Origin: Candidatus Lightella neohaematopini
Lineage (GTDB): Bacteria; Pseudomonadota; Gammaproteobacteria; Enterobacterales; Enterobacteriaceae
DNA length: 64,000 nt
NCBI GenBank assembly: GCA_025728345.1
Contig: JAOBJT010000002.1
Span: forward strand, 41,075 to 105,074
Direction of reading: 5' to 3'
Below are positions 34,663-46,277 of this stretch, piece by piece. Position numbers and translations under genes: made by a program. The notes under the pieces were generated by a model. That model was not told the origin of the DNA. It searched no databases and saw only the letters and a program-made list of their open reading frames with translations. The stretch's first letter is position 1, and each line of letters opens with the position of its first letter.

Positions 34663-34737
34663 TAGCCCCTGCTGGATTTGAACCAGCGACCTAGCGATTA
34701 TGAGTCGCTTGCTCTAACCAATCTAAGCTAAGGGGCC
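34663..34737 (-). tRNA. ileX: tRNA-Ile2 (anticodon CAU, lysidine-modified class)
   Basis: Minus-strand read: GGCCCCTTAGCTTAGATTGGTTAGAGCAAGCGACTCATAATCGCTAGGTCGCTGGTTCAAATCCAGCAGGGGCTA. Near-identical to E. coli ileX rather than to Met tRNAs, and in the same place (just downstream of rpoD). Confidence 0.88.
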
Positions 34738-34792
34738 AATAAAGTTACTAAGTATAATTCTAAAACATTTTTTTATATTTATTAATTTTTTA

Positions 34793-36601
34793 TTAATCAT
34801 CAAGGAAACTTTTTAGTATTTCTGATCTACTAGGATGTCTTAGTTTACGTAATGCTTTAGCTTCAATTTGTCTAATTCTCTCTCTTGTTACATCAAACTG
34901 TTTACCAACTTCTTCTAAAGTATGATCAGTATTCATATCAATACCAAATCTCATTCGTAATACTTTAGCTTCTCTATCTGTTAAACTTGATAGTACATGA
35001 TTTGTTGCTATACGTAAACTTTCAGTAGTAGCTGAATCAATTGGTAATTCTAAAGATGTGTCCTCAATAAAATCACCTAAATGAGAATCTTCTTCATCAC
35101 CTATAGGTGTTTCCATAGAAATTGGCTCTTTTGCAATTTTTAATACTTTACGAATTTTATCTTCTGACATAAACATACGTTTAGATAATTCTTCCGGAGT
35201 TGGTTCTCTACCTATTTCTTGCAACATCTGCCTAGATATACGATTTAATTTATTAATTGTTTCTATCATATGAACTGGAATACGTATGGTTCTAGCTTGA
35301 TCAGCGATAGATCTAGTAATAGCTTGTCTAATCCACCAAGTAGCATAAGTAGAAAATTTATAACCCCGACGATACTCAAATTTATCAACTGCCTTCATTA
35401 ATCCAATATTACCTTCTTGTATTAGATCCAAGAATTGTAATCCTCTATTGGTATATTTTTTAGCAATAGATATAACTAATCTTAAATTAGCTTCTATCAT
35501 TTCTTGTTTAGCTCTACGAGCTTTTGCTTCACCTATTAATATTCTTCTATTAATGTCTTTTATTTGTTTAATAGTTAAACCTGTCTCTTTTTCAATATCA
35601 TTTAATTTATTTATACTACAATATATTTCTTGATCAACTTTATGTAACTTTTTTACCCACGGTTGATTCATGGATAAGATTCTATTGAACCAACTATTAC
35701 TAAATTCTACATTGGAAAATAAATGACTAAATATTTTTTTTGGTATTTTACTTACTTCAACAAATAATTTAATAATTGATTGTTCTTGTATATTAATTCT
35801 ATCAATAATAGAACGCATATTATTTACTAAATAATCAAATTGTTTTGGCACTAATCTAAATTGCTTAAATATATCTGATAAATTCATTATTTCTTTAATC
35901 GAGTTAACATGATTACGTCCAAAATGTTTAATAACATTTTTAGTAATTTTATACTGATTTTTTAACGTTACAAATTTTTTGTGAGCTAACACTGGATCTA
36001 TAACACTATCATCCACATTATCTTGAATATAATTATACTCATCATCAATAACAATATTTTTTGATACAAGATCGTTACTAACTAATTTTGCTGTTATTTG
36101 TTTATCAACACAATTAAAATCTATAAAACCAGTAATTAAATCAGATAATTTAACCTCACCAGCTTTTACTCTATCGTATTGTTCTAATAAATATGTAATT
36201 GCTTCTGGATATTCTGCTACTGTAGATTGTACTTGATGAATACCATCTTCAATTCTTTTAGCAATATCAATTTCACCTTCTCTAGTTAATAATCCAACAG
36301 TGCCCATTTCTCTCATATACATACGCATTGGATCATTAGTTTGACCAATTATATCTGATTCATGATTGTTAATTTGACTACTATTATCTATATTACAAGA
36401 TTCTATTTGTGTTAACAAATTATCATTTGTTGATGGTTCTTCTATTATTTGAATACCCATATCATTTATCATTTGCATAATATCTGTAATTAATTCTGAA
36501 TTAATTATATTTTCAGGTAAATAGTCATTAATATCAGTGAAGGTTAAATAACCTTGTTCTTTACCGCGTATAACTAATTGTTTAAATTGTAAGTGTTCCA
36601 T
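34793..36601 (-). CDS. rpoD: RNA polymerase sigma-70
   Basis: Track ORF opens at 36628. I use ATG 36601 ([21 protein letters not shown] = E. coli ...[14 protein letters not shown]). Regions 2-4 are almost invariant ([75 protein letters not shown] ... [22 protein letters not shown]). Confidence 0.97.
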   Translation of the reverse strand: MEHLQFKQLVIRGKEQGYLTFTDINDYLPENIINSELITDIMQMINDMGIQIIEEPSTNDNLLTQIESCNIDNSSQINNHESDIIGQTNDPMRMYMREMGTVGLLTREGEIDIAKRIEDGIHQVQSTVAEYPEAITYLLEQYDRVKAGEVKLSDLITGFIDFNCVDKQITAKLVSNDLVSKNIVIDDEYNYIQDNVDDSVIDPVLAHKKFVTLKNQYKITKNVIKHFGRNHVNSIKEIMNLSDIFKQFRLVPKQFDYLVNNMRSIIDRINIQEQSIIKLFVEVSKIPKKIFSHLFSNVEFSNSWFNRILSMNQPWVKKLHKVDQEIYCSINKLNDIEKETGLTIKQIKDINRRILIGEAKARRAKQEMIEANLRLVISIAKKYTNRGLQFLDLIQEGNIGLMKAVDKFEYRRGYKFSTYATWWIRQAITRSIADQARTIRIPVHMIETINKLNRISRQMLQEIGREPTPEELSKRMFMSEDKIRKVLKIAKEPISMETPIGDEEDSHLGDFIEDTSLELPIDSATTESLRIATNHVLSSLTDREAKVLRMRFGIDMNTDHTLEEVGKQFDVTRERIRQIEAKALRKLRHPSRSEILKSFLDD

Positions 36602-36714
36602 AAAATTAAATCCATAATATTTAAACACAAATTTAATTAGTTAATTATCAACTATTATAAATTATATTTATGATACAAATAATTTTTATTAAAATAAAGA
36701 TAATTATGATAGTA

Positions 36715-38472
36715 TTATTTATGTTGTGCTAGTTTTAAATTTAAAGACCATAATTCTAATCTTTCTTTATAACTTAATTTATTTAATCTATCACGATTAA
36801 TAAGATTATTATATTTTTGTTCTACTATAGAATAATTTAGTTTATCTAACATTTCTACAAAAGTATCTTCAATTAAATTATGTTTAATCATATGATTCCA
36901 TATAGCTAATTTTTCTAATTTTTCAAAAAAATCACTATGTCTATAGTATTCTAATAATTGGTTAGTAGATAAATTAGATTTGGCATTGCATGTATTAACT
37001 AACATAGTAAATAAAATTATGTCAGAAGAACTAGTATTACTTAATTCATCTAAATTCTTAACAAGAACAGATAATTTTGGTTTTTGTATTAATAAACTTA
37101 TTAATATATTAATATAATTATATTCTATTATATTTACTTTTAAGAAGTTATTATTTTTATATTTCTTATAATTAAATAGTAATTTTTTTAAATAATTATA
37201 ATCCATAATACCAATTTTTTTACCTAGTTCATATATTAAAGAAACACGTATTACTTCACCAGGTATTTTATTTATTAATAATAAAGCTGAATAAATTAGT
37301 TTAATACGTGAATTTATATTATTTAAATCAAATTTAAATGATAAAACACGAAATAATATTTCTAACAATGAGTATGCTTGTTTAATTAATAATTTAAATT
37401 TATTAGCACCTATTTTTCTAATTAGTGTATCTGGATCAGTACCTTTAGGTAAAACAATAAAACTTATTTGCCTATTATTTGTTAAATATGGTAAACTTAA
37501 TTTTAATGATTTCCACATAGCACAGTATCCAACTTTATCTCCGTCATAACAATATATTATATGATTAGTATGATTATAGAGTATTTTAATTTGATTATCA
37601 CTTATTGATGTTCCTAATATTGATACTACATTTTCAATATTAAATTGTCTTAAAGTAATAACATCTATAAATCCTTCAACGATAATTAGCTTATTTAATT
37701 TATATATACTTTTTTTTGCTTCATATAGACCATATATGTTATCTTTTTTATGAAAAATAATATTATCATTAGAGTTAATATACTTTGGATTAATATTATT
37801 ATTAATAATTCTTCCTCCAAAAGCAATTACTTGTCCATTTATATTTTTGATTGGAAAAATAATTCTATTATAAAATTTATTGTATAATTGTCCATGTTTA
37901 TTAATATTTAAAATACCTAGTTTAATTAATATAGATCTATCTTCTGCATTAAAGTTAAAATATTTATTAATTTCATACCAATTAAATGGAGAAAATCCTA
38001 TTTCAAAATATGAAATAACATAATTATTTAATCCTCTAGATTTTAAAAAATTTATTGCATCTTTTGATATTTTATCACGTACTATTTTATGATAGTAGCC
38101 ATTAATTTTATTTATTATCTCATATAATTTAATTCTTTTTTTTATTCTAAAAGATTTATTTTTATTGTAATTTTCATATGGTACTTCTAAATTAAATAAA
38201 TTAGATAATTCTTCAACAGAACTAATAAAATCTAATTTATCATAATTCATTAAAAAATTTATGACATTTCCTTTAGCATTGCAACCAAAGCAATAATAAA
38301 GTTGTTTTTCCTCACTTACTAAGAATGATGGGTTATTTTCTATATGAAACGGACAAAGAGAAAAAAAATTTTTTCCTTTCTTCTTTAAATTTATTCTTGT
38401 ACCTATTACATCAATTATATTAACCTGTGATAATAACTCATTTATAAATAAATTAGGTATATATTTATTCAT
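36715..38472 (-). CDS. dnaG: DNA primase
   Basis: 585 aa. Zinc-ribbon CPFHIENNPSFLVSEEKQLYYCFGCNAKGNVINF, TOPRIM region LIIVEGFIDVITL...YCYDGDKVG. Lies between rpsU and rpoD. Confidence 0.94.
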   Translation of the reverse strand: MNKYIPNLFINELLSQVNIIDVIGTRINLKKKGKNFFSLCPFHIENNPSFLVSEEKQLYYCFGCNAKGNVINFLMNYDKLDFISSVEELSNLFNLEVPYENYNKNKSFRIKKRIKLYEIINKINGYYHKIVRDKISKDAINFLKSRGLNNYVISYFEIGFSPFNWYEINKYFNFNAEDRSILIKLGILNINKHGQLYNKFYNRIIFPIKNINGQVIAFGGRIINNNINPKYINSNDNIIFHKKDNIYGLYEAKKSIYKLNKLIIVEGFIDVITLRQFNIENVVSILGTSISDNQIKILYNHTNHIIYCYDGDKVGYCAMWKSLKLSLPYLTNNRQISFIVLPKGTDPDTLIRKIGANKFKLLIKQAYSLLEILFRVLSFKFDLNNINSRIKLIYSALLLINKIPGEVIRVSLIYELGKKIGIMDYNYLKKLLFNYKKYKNNNFLKVNIIEYNYINILISLLIQKPKLSVLVKNLDELSNTSSSDIILFTMLVNTCNAKSNLSTNQLLEYYRHSDFFEKLEKLAIWNHMIKHNLIEDTFVEMLDKLNYSIVEQKYNNLINRDRLNKLSYKERLELWSLNLKLAQHK

Positions 38473-38507
38473 TTAAAATAAATAATTATATAAAAAAATT
38501 AAAATAG

Positions 38508-38729
38508 TTAATACTTATTAATTTTATTAAATTTAGGGTTCTCTCTTAATAATTTTTTTATATGTCTTTTTATTGCAGCTGCTTTTGCTCTTTTACGTTC
38601 AGACGTTGGTTTTTCATAAAATTCACGTCTACGTACTTCTGCTAAAATACCAGCTTTTTCACAAGATCTTTTAAATCGTCTTAACGCAATGTCAAATGGT
38701 TCATTATCACGAACTTTAATTACAGGCAT
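38508..38729 (-). CDS. rpsU: 30S ribosomal protein S21
   Basis: Start placed at ATG 38729 ([52 protein letters not shown], near-identical to E. coli S21). AAGGA Shine-Dalgarno lies 6 nt upstream. The track start at 38744 would add 5 non-homologous residues. Confidence 0.96.
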   Translation of the reverse strand: MPVIKVRDNEPFDIALRRFKRSCEKAGILAEVRRREFYEKPTSERKRAKAAAIKRHIKKLLRENPKFNKINKY

Positions 38730-38868
38730 AATACTGTCCTTCAATATTAGAAAATATTCTATATGAAAATTCTTAATAATACTAGAAATAATAAATATAT
38801 TAATATAAACTTACCTAAGTTAACAATAATTAAATAGTAAATTATATTATTTATTTATAATAAAGTAT

Positions 38869-39885
38869 ATGCGTATTTTAGGTATTGAAACATCTTGTGA
38901 TGAAACTGGTGTGGCTATTTATGATAGTAAATTAGGTGTATTAATAAATAATATATATAGTCAAATTAGTACTCATAGTAAATATGGTGGAGTAGTTCCA
39001 GAACTAGCAGCACGTAGTCATAATGAAAATATTATATCTTTAATAAAAGATGCTTTATTAAAAACAAATTCTTCTAAAAATAATATTAATGGAATAGCGT
39101 ATACAGCTGGACCAGGATTAGTTGGTTCATTGTTAGTCGGGGCATCGATAGCTAAGTCACTAGCTTATGCTTGGAATATTCCTGTTATTACAATAAATCA
39201 TATGGAAGGACATTTATTATCTCCAATGTTAAATAATAATAAGTTGTCTTTTCCATTTTTGGCATTATTAGTTTCTGGAAAACATACTCAATTAATTAGA
39301 GCTAATAATATTGGTGATTATAATCTATTAGGTGAGTCATTAGATGATGCTGTTGGTGAAGTATTTGATAAAATTGCAATAGCTTTAGGATTAAAATATC
39401 CAGGTGGATTATCATTATCAATGCTAGCTGATCGTGGTTTTTCAAATAAATATACTTTTCCTAAACCATTAATTAATAAACCAAATTTAATGTTTAGTTT
39501 TTCTGGTTTAAAAACATCAGTAATTAATACAATTTATAGTTTATCTAATATTAATTATCAAGATAAAGCTAACATAGCTAGATCTTTTGAAGACACAATA
39601 ATAGAAATATTAGTAAGTAAATGTGCTAAAGCAATACATACAAGTAAACTAAAAAAATTGGTAATAGCTGGTGGTGTAAGTGCAAATAATAAATTAAGAT
39701 TTCATTTACATAGCATGATGAGTAAAAAACAAGGAATATTATTTTATCCTAATAAAGAACTGTGTACAGATAATGGTGTAATGATAGCTTATGCTGGATT
39801 ATTACATCTAAGAAATGGTAAATATAATAATTTAGAAACATCAATAAATCCTAATTGGCAGATATATTCTATTAATTATAATTAA
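38869..39885 (+). CDS. tsaD: tRNA N6-adenosine threonylcarbamoyltransferase
   Basis: 338 aa. [86 protein letters not shown]. Divergent from rpsU as in E. coli. Confidence 0.96.
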   Translation: MRILGIETSCDETGVAIYDSKLGVLINNIYSQISTHSKYGGVVPELAARSHNENIISLIKDALLKTNSSKNNINGIAYTAGPGLVGSLLVGASIAKSLAYAWNIPVITINHMEGHLLSPMLNNNKLSFPFLALLVSGKHTQLIRANNIGDYNLLGESLDDAVGEVFDKIAIALGLKYPGGLSLSMLADRGFSNKYTFPKPLINKPNLMFSFSGLKTSVINTIYSLSNINYQDKANIARSFEDTIIEILVSKCAKAIHTSKLKKLVIAGGVSANNKLRFHLHSMMSKKQGILFYPNKELCTDNGVMIAYAGLLHLRNGKYNNLETSINPNWQIYSINYN

Positions 39886-39892
39886 AAAATTC

Positions 39893-40252
39893 ATGGACAT
39901 AATTTATATAGAAAAATTAATAGTAATAACTAAAATTGGTATATATAATTGGGAAAAAATTAACTTACAAAAATTAATTATTGACTTAAAAATTGGTTAT
40001 GATGGATCTTTAATAAGATATGACAAATATAGTAAGTATTTTATAGATTATAAAATTATTAGTAATGAAGTAATGTTAATAACAAATAATAAACACTTCT
40101 ACTTAGTAGAACAATTAGCAGAATATATCGCAAAATATTTAATAAAAAAGTTTAATTTATTTTATATAAAGATAAAAATTAGCAAGCCAAATGCTATACC
40201 TAATGCATCAAATGTTAGCATAATAATAAAAAGATATAATAAAAATAATTAG
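39893..40252 (+). CDS. folB: dihydroneopterin aldolase
   Basis: 119 aa. MDIIYIEKLIVITKIGIYNWEKINLQKLIIDL and IKIKISKPNAIPNASNVSIIIKR are colinear with E. coli FolB (MDIVFIEQLSVITTIGVYDWEQTIEQKLVFDI ... VRIKLSKPGAVARAANVGVIIER). Confidence 0.9.
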   Translation: MDIIYIEKLIVITKIGIYNWEKINLQKLIIDLKIGYDGSLIRYDKYSKYFIDYKIISNEVMLITNNKHFYLVEQLAEYIAKYLIKKFNLFYIKIKISKPNAIPNASNVSIIIKRYNKNN

Positions 40253-40286
40253 TTTTAATTATGAAAATAAACTACTTATTTTTGAG

Positions 40287-41081
40287 ATGGATTATAAAGA
40301 ATATATTAAAATAATTATTTTAGGTATTGTTGAAGGTATAACTGAATTTTTACCAGTATCTTCTACTGGTCATATGATACTAGTTAGTGATTTATTAAAT
40401 TTTAATAGTAATAGAATAAAAATATTCGATATTGTAATACAATTTAGTTCTATTATTGTTGTGATGTTTTTTTTTAAAGATACGTTAATAAAAATAATTA
40501 AACAAATTATTAATAAATCTAATAGTAAAAATATTAATTTTTTTATTGGTCATATTATAGTATGCTTAATTCCTATTGGAATTTTAGGTTTATTTTTTCA
40601 TAGAAAATTAGAACAGTTAAGTAATATTAATAATATTATTTTGTCATTACTATGTGGTAGTATTACTTTAACAATCAGTGAATTTTTAAAACCTAATAAG
40701 TTGATAAATCGTATTAATTACTTACAAGCCTTTATTATTGGCTGTATTCAGTGCTTATCACTGTATCCTGGATTTTCAAGATTAGGAACTACTATTTTTA
40801 GTGGTTCATTATTAAAAATTAATCGTTGTGTAATTATAGAATTTTCTTTTATAATGTCTATACCTTTAATATGTAGTACATCAATACTATCTATTATAGA
40901 TAATATTAAATTACTAAAATTATCAGATATTCCAATATTAATAATTGGTATGTTAACTACATTTATAGTTTTAATGATAATTGGTAAAAAATGTTTACTA
41001 TTTATTAAATATAAATCACTAAAGTTAATTATAATATATAGACTTATAGTGATGACAGTAATTTATTTTTACTTTAATTAA
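40287..41081 (+). CDS. uppP: undecaprenyl-diphosphate phosphatase
   Basis: 264-aa polytopic protein. GIVEGITEFLPVSSTGHMILV and PGFSRLGTTI (E. coli PGFSRSGATI-type) motifs. Adjacent to folB and cca as in E. coli. Confidence 0.9.
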   Translation: MDYKEYIKIIILGIVEGITEFLPVSSTGHMILVSDLLNFNSNRIKIFDIVIQFSSIIVVMFFFKDTLIKIIKQIINKSNSKNINFFIGHIIVCLIPIGILGLFFHRKLEQLSNINNIILSLLCGSITLTISEFLKPNKLINRINYLQAFIIGCIQCLSLYPGFSRLGTTIFSGSLLKINRCVIIEFSFIMSIPLICSTSILSIIDNIKLLKLSDIPILIIGMLTTFIVLMIIGKKCLLFIKYKSLKLIIIYRLIVMTVIYFYFN

Positions 41082-41087
41082 TTAGCT

Positions 41088-42293
41088 CTATAAATTAATT
41101 TTCCATTTATTTAATAGTAATAAACGTCTTTTTGTTAGTTCATAACTAATATTTTTCCCTGTAAATCCATCTTTTATTACTACATTAGCTTTTAAATTTT
41201 TTACTATACGATAAGCATCAAGTATTAAATCGTATATATTCCACATATAGTTCTTAAATTTTATGCAAACACTATAATTAGCTTTACTAATTAGTATAAT
41301 TTGATTAATTCTATCTGTGCAATCTTTAATACCCATACGATTAAACATATTTAATATATCGTTAATATTTAGATTATTAATATTTATTAATGTACTGTAA
41401 CAGTCATTAATAATTTTAAGTAAATTAAATAGTTTATTAGGTAATTTTAATCTTTTATGCATAAGATAAATTACATCTGTTTCTTTATTTTTAATTAATG
41501 AGTTATTTAATAATGGTAAATTAAAACATAAAGTAACGAAACGTGTATTAATATTACTTGACATTTTTACACTATTAGATAAAGCTAGTAATGCATAATC
41601 ACCAGCATTTACAAAGTTTTTGCATTTTAAAAAAATTTTTTTACTAAATAAACTATATATTTCCGGAAATATGACATTTAGTGCTTTACATTTTTTTAAA
41701 ACAGTAAAAAATATATGTGGACTTTTAGTTGATAAAGCTAATACAGTTTCTTTCCAAATTCTTTCTGGAGATAACGTAAATAATTCTCTTCTCATTTGTT
41801 GCATAATGTTTAACGTTTCTGGAGCAATAGTAAAATTTAAATAAGCAAATCTAGCAGCAAAACGAGCTACTCGTAATACTCTAAGTGGATCATCTTTAAA
41901 TGATTCAGATACATGTCTAAGTATACGTAATTTAATATCTTTTCTTCCATTATATGGATCAATAATATTACCATCCTTATCTATTGCCATAGCATTAATT
42001 GTTAAATCACGTCTGAATAAATCTTCTTCAACAGTAATTAGTGGAGAGGTATAACAATTAAAACCCTTATGTCCAAAACCGGTTTTTTTTTCTTTACGTG
42101 CTAATGCATATTCTTCCTTGCTATTTGGATGTATAAAAACTGGAAAATCTTTACCTACTTGATAGTATCCTTTAGACAATAAATACTGAGGTGTTACTCC
42201 AATAATCAACCAATCTTTTTCTTTTACTGGTATATTTAATAACATATCTCTTACTGCACCACCAACTAAATATTTTTTTAATTTTACAATCAT
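41088..42293 (-). CDS. cca: CCA-adding tRNA nucleotidyltransferase
   Basis: 401 aa. YLVGGAVRDMLLNIPVKEKDWLIIG, EEYALARKEKKTGFGHKGF, DLFRRDLTINAMAID, DDPLRVLRVARFAARF. Confidence 0.93.
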   Translation of the reverse strand: MIVKLKKYLVGGAVRDMLLNIPVKEKDWLIIGVTPQYLLSKGYYQVGKDFPVFIHPNSKEEYALARKEKKTGFGHKGFNCYTSPLITVEEDLFRRDLTINAMAIDKDGNIIDPYNGRKDIKLRILRHVSESFKDDPLRVLRVARFAARFAYLNFTIAPETLNIMQQMRRELFTLSPERIWKETVLALSTKSPHIFFTVLKKCKALNVIFPEIYSLFSKKIFLKCKNFVNAGDYALLALSNSVKMSSNINTRFVTLCFNLPLLNNSLIKNKETDVIYLMHKRLKLPNKLFNLLKIINDCYSTLININNLNINDILNMFNRMGIKDCTDRINQIILISKANYSVCIKFKNYMWNIYDLILDAYRIVKNLKANVVIKDGFTGKNISYELTKRRLLLLNKWKINL

Positions 42294-42404
42294 AAATGCT
42301 AAATTTTAATATATAATAATGTTAGTATAATAACTTATAGTCTATAATAAATTAAATACTATATAATAATTAAATTTATAAATATAATAAGATGTAAGAA
42401 TTTT

Positions 42405-43352
42405 ATGTTAAAACAAATTGTATCAAATTTTAATAATATTAATATATTAGTTATTGGTGATATTATTTTAGATAGATATTATTACGGGGTGAACATTGGT
42501 AATTCATCAGAATCACCAACACCAATAATTAAAGTAAATAATGTTCAGGAAAAACCAGGTGGTGCAGCAAATGTTGCAATTAATATATCTAATTTAAAGG
42601 GTAACGTAAATATCATTAGTTTATCCGGTTACGATTATGCATCAAAATATATTAAAAATAAACTAATTAGTAATAATATTAAGTGTGACTTAATTAAGGT
42701 AAAAAATTATAATACCGTTATAAAATCTAGAGTTATATCAGATAGTAATCAAATAGTAAGATTAGATTTAGAAAATAAAATTAATTATTTTAAATCATCA
42801 ACAATGATTAAAAAAATTAGATTAATTTTACCTAATGTAAATATGTTAGTGTTATCAGATTATAATAAAGGTACACTATCATCAGTTAAAGAAATAATAA
42901 AATTAGCGCGTAATCTTAACATTCCTATTATAGTTGATCCAAAAGGTAATAATTATGATAAATATAATGGTGCTAATATATTAACGCCAAATATTTACGA
43001 ATTTCAAAAAGTTATTGGTAATATCTGTTATAGCAATGATGATATCGTATTTTATGGGCTAAATATTATTGAAAAATATAATTTATCAGCTTTGTTAATA
43101 ACTCGTGATAAACATGGGGTTAGTTTAATACAACCAAATAATGATCCATTACATATTCCAGCAATACAAAATAAAAATATATTTAATGTAGTTGGCGCTG
43201 GTGATTTAATTATTAGTATTCTAGCTCTTTTATTATCAAGTAATGTTAATATTAAAGATGCATGTATATTATCTAATAAAGCTGCTGGATTATTAGTTAG
43301 CAAAAATAATTATTTTAATATAAAACTAGAAGATTTTATCAGTTTAATTTAA
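42405..43352 (+). CDS. hldE: D-beta-D-heptose 7-phosphate kinase: domain I of bifunctional HldE only
   Basis: 315 aa. ILVIGDIILDRYYYG, SPTPIIKVNNVQEKPGGAANVAINISNL, PfkB-family C-terminal VVGAGDLIIS. Colinear with residues about 1-318 of E. coli HldE (477 aa). The stop falls at the domain boundary and only 131 nt remain before ribB. Confidence 0.85.
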   Translation: MLKQIVSNFNNINILVIGDIILDRYYYGVNIGNSSESPTPIIKVNNVQEKPGGAANVAINISNLKGNVNIISLSGYDYASKYIKNKLISNNIKCDLIKVKNYNTVIKSRVISDSNQIVRLDLENKINYFKSSTMIKKIRLILPNVNMLVLSDYNKGTLSSVKEIIKLARNLNIPIIVDPKGNNYDKYNGANILTPNIYEFQKVIGNICYSNDDIVFYGLNIIEKYNLSALLITRDKHGVSLIQPNNDPLHIPAIQNKNIFNVVGAGDLIISILALLLSSNVNIKDACILSNKAAGLLVSKNNYFNIKLEDFISLI

Positions 43353-43483
43353 AATAGGAACTGGTATTTATATCTATCATGTAAATAAGTACTATAAATT
43401 TTATACTATTATAGTATTATAATTATTTTAAATTTACATAATAATTATTTATAATTATAGTTAATATTATTAAAAAATATCTT

Positions 43484-44125
43484 ATGAATTACATACTTAA
43501 TAAGTATTTTGGTAAGCCAATACAACGTGTTATAAATGCTATTAGTTCTTTTAAAAGAGGTAATGGTGTATTAGTTATTGATGATGAAGATCGTGAAAAT
43601 GAAGGTGATATTATATTTTCTGCAGAAAATATAACTGTACAACAAATGGCTTTTACTATACGTCATGGTAGTGGAATAGTATGTTTATGTTTAACAGAAG
43701 AGAGAAGAAAACAATTAGATTTGAATATGATGGTAAAAAATAACAATAGTCGTTATCAAACTGCATTTACAGTTACAATAGAAGCAGCTTATGGAGTGAC
43801 TACTGGTGTTTCTGCAGCAGATAGGGTTACTACTATTAAAGCCGCCATTAAAGATGATGCTAAACCATCTGATTTAAATAGACCTGGTCACGTATTTCCT
43901 TTATTAGCAAAAAATGGTGGAGTATTAACTAGACGGGGACATACTGAAGCTACTATAGACTTAACTATTTTGGCTGGATTAAAACCATTTGGAGTATTAT
44001 GTGAAATTGTTAATGAAGATGGTACTATGGCCCGTACTCCAGATATTATAAATTTTGCTAATAAATTTAATATACCAGTGATAACAATTAATGATTTAGT
44101 TAATTATCGTAAAAATAATACATAA
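43484..44125 (+). CDS. ribB: 3,4-dihydroxy-2-butanone 4-phosphate synthase
   Basis: 213 aa. [74 protein letters not shown]. Confidence 0.96.
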   Translation: MNYILNKYFGKPIQRVINAISSFKRGNGVLVIDDEDRENEGDIIFSAENITVQQMAFTIRHGSGIVCLCLTEERRKQLDLNMMVKNNNSRYQTAFTVTIEAAYGVTTGVSAADRVTTIKAAIKDDAKPSDLNRPGHVFPLLAKNGGVLTRRGHTEATIDLTILAGLKPFGVLCEIVNEDGTMARTPDIINFANKFNIPVITINDLVNYRKNNT

Positions 44126-44132
44126 AAATTTT

Positions 44133-44846
44133 ATGATTGCTTTGTTAAGAATTATAATAATTTTACCCTATTTTATTTTTATATGCATTTACGGTATTTT
44201 TTATTGTTTAATTAAATTTAAAAATAAAAATAATGTTATGCTAATTAGTAGATTATTTAATAAGATATCAATTCTATTAGGTGTAAAAATAAGAATATAT
44301 CAATATAATAGATTAATTAATAATGATAATTGTGTATACATTGCTAATCATCAAAATATCTATGATATATTTATTGCTTCATGTATTATACAAAATAATA
44401 CTGTAACTGTAGGAAAAAAAGAAATAATTTTTATCCCACTATTTGGAATATTATATTGGTTAAGCGGTAATATTCTCATCAATAGAAATACTAACTATAG
44501 TAGTTTTAATAATTTAAATAATATTGTGAATAGTATAAAAAAACGTAATGTTTCAGTATTAATTTTTCCTGAAGGTACACGTAGTAATAGTAAAAAATTA
44601 TTACCATTTAAAACTGGTGCTTTTTATATTGCAATAAATAACAATATGCCCATTGTACCAATATGTATATCTAATACTAATAATATTAGATTAAATCGTT
44701 GGAATAATGGTATTATTACTATCTATATTTTACCTAAAATAATAGTTAGTAGTTATAAAAATAAAAATTTAAGAGAAATAACTAATCAATGTTTTAAACA
44801 GATGAAAAATAAATTAACTAGCATAAATAATATTAGAAAGTATTAA
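44133..44846 (+). CDS. plsC: 1-acyl-sn-glycerol-3-phosphate acyltransferase
   Basis: 237 aa. Acyltransferase motifs NHQNIYDIF (HX4D), VGKKE, FPEGTRS, IVPICIS. Confidence 0.88.
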   Translation: MIALLRIIIILPYFIFICIYGIFYCLIKFKNKNNVMLISRLFNKISILLGVKIRIYQYNRLINNDNCVYIANHQNIYDIFIASCIIQNNTVTVGKKEIIFIPLFGILYWLSGNILINRNTNYSSFNNLNNIVNSIKKRNVSVLIFPEGTRSNSKKLLPFKTGAFYIAINNNMPIVPICISNTNNIRLNRWNNGIITIYILPKIIVSSYKNKNLREITNQCFKQMKNKLTSINNIRKY

Positions 44847-44847
44847 T

Positions 44848-45105
44848 TTATATTTGTATAATTATATTGGTTATTGGTGTACAGATACATGGTAAAATTT
44901 CATTCTTTTGAATAAAGATAGTGGGTATTTTTAAATATTTTACTTTTCCTATTAGTAATTTTAATTTACATAAACCACATTGACCCGATTTACATTGATA
45001 TTGAATATTAACATTATTTATTTCCAATGTATATAATAAAGAAAAGTGTTCCTTATAGGAATATAATAATATATTACTAGAGTATAAATATATTTTATAA
45101 ACCAT
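44848..45105 (-). CDS. yfaE: 2Fe-2S ferredoxin YfaE (NrdB cofactor maintenance)
   Basis: 85 aa. Cys pattern CKSGQCGLCK...LPCIC of plant-type ferredoxins. Lies immediately downstream of nrdB as in E. coli. Confidence 0.82.
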   Translation of the reverse strand: MVYKIYLYSSNILLYSYKEHFSLLYTLEINNVNIQYQCKSGQCGLCKLKLLIGKVKYLKIPTIFIQKNEILPCICTPITNIIIQI

Positions 45106-45115
45106 TATTAAATTT

Positions 45116-46246
45116 TTATAACTTAAAATTACTTAATTCTTTATAATTAATTTCAGAATCTATTTGTCCAACTAAATATGAACTAACTTCTACTTCTTGT
45201 GGGGCTACTTGTACATTATCAGACATTAACCAATTATTAATCCATGGAATTGGATTATAATTAATATTAAATATTGGTTTAAAACCAATAGCTTTCATTC
45301 TAATATTAGTAATATATTCAATATACTGACATAGTATTTCTTTATTTAATCCAATTATACTACCCTTGCAAAATAAATAATCTACCCATTCTTTTTCCTG
45401 TTGAGCCACTAAAAAAAATAAATTATTACTTTTTTTTCTACAACTGTAAGCAATATCAGACATTTCTTGATCATCTTCACCAGAATGAATTAAATTTATT
45501 ATATACTGTGTTCCAGTAACATGTAATGCTTCATCTCGTGCAATAAATTTAATTATTTTCGCATTACCTTCCATTAATTTTCTTTCAGCAAATGCAAAAG
45601 CACAAGCAAAACTAACATAAAATCTAATTGATTCTAGAGCACAAATACTAATTAAACATAAATACAATTTTTCTTTTAAGATTCTTAAATTAATTATTAC
45701 TTTATTACCATTAATATAGTGTATACCAGTACCTAATAAATTATAGTAATGAATAAAATTAATTAATTCATCATAATAAAATACAATATTTTTAGATCTT
45801 TTTAAGATTTCTTTATTAGATATTATATTATCAAAAATTAATGATGGATCATTAATAATATTCCTAATGATATGTGTGTATGATCTAGAGTGAATAGTTT
45901 CATAAAATGACCATGTTTCTACCCATGTTTCTAACTCTGGGATTGATATAATCGGTAACAAAGAAACGGTAGGACTACGACTTTGTATAGAATCTAATAA
46001 TGTTTGATATTTTAGATTACTAAGAAAAATATGCTTTTCTTTCTCTGATAAAGTTAAATAATCTATTCTGTCACGAGAAATATCAATTTCTTCAGGTCTC
46101 CAAAAAAAAGATAATTGCTTTTCAATTAATTTTTCAAAAAAAACATATTTTTGTTGATCAAATCTAGAGATATTAACAGGTTTACCAAAAAACATTGGTT
46201 CTATTAATTGATTATTTTTTAATTGAGAAAATACTGTATATAACAT
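45116..46246 (-). CDS. nrdB: class Ia ribonucleotide reductase beta
   Basis: 376 aa. [58 protein letters not shown]-terminal [10 protein letters not shown] tail. Confidence 0.96.
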   Translation of the reverse strand: MLYTVFSQLKNNQLIEPMFFGKPVNISRFDQQKYVFFEKLIEKQLSFFWRPEEIDISRDRIDYLTLSEKEKHIFLSNLKYQTLLDSIQSRSPTVSLLPIISIPELETWVETWSFYETIHSRSYTHIIRNIINDPSLIFDNIISNKEILKRSKNIVFYYDELINFIHYYNLLGTGIHYINGNKVIINLRILKEKLYLCLISICALESIRFYVSFACAFAFAERKLMEGNAKIIKFIARDEALHVTGTQYIINLIHSGEDDQEMSDIAYSCRKKSNNLFFLVAQQEKEWVDYLFCKGSIIGLNKEILCQYIEYITNIRMKAIGFKPIFNINYNPIPWINNWLMSDNVQVAPQEVEVSSYLVGQIDSEINYKELSNFKL

Positions 46247-46277
46247 AATTTATTTACCTAATCTATAAATTAATTTT

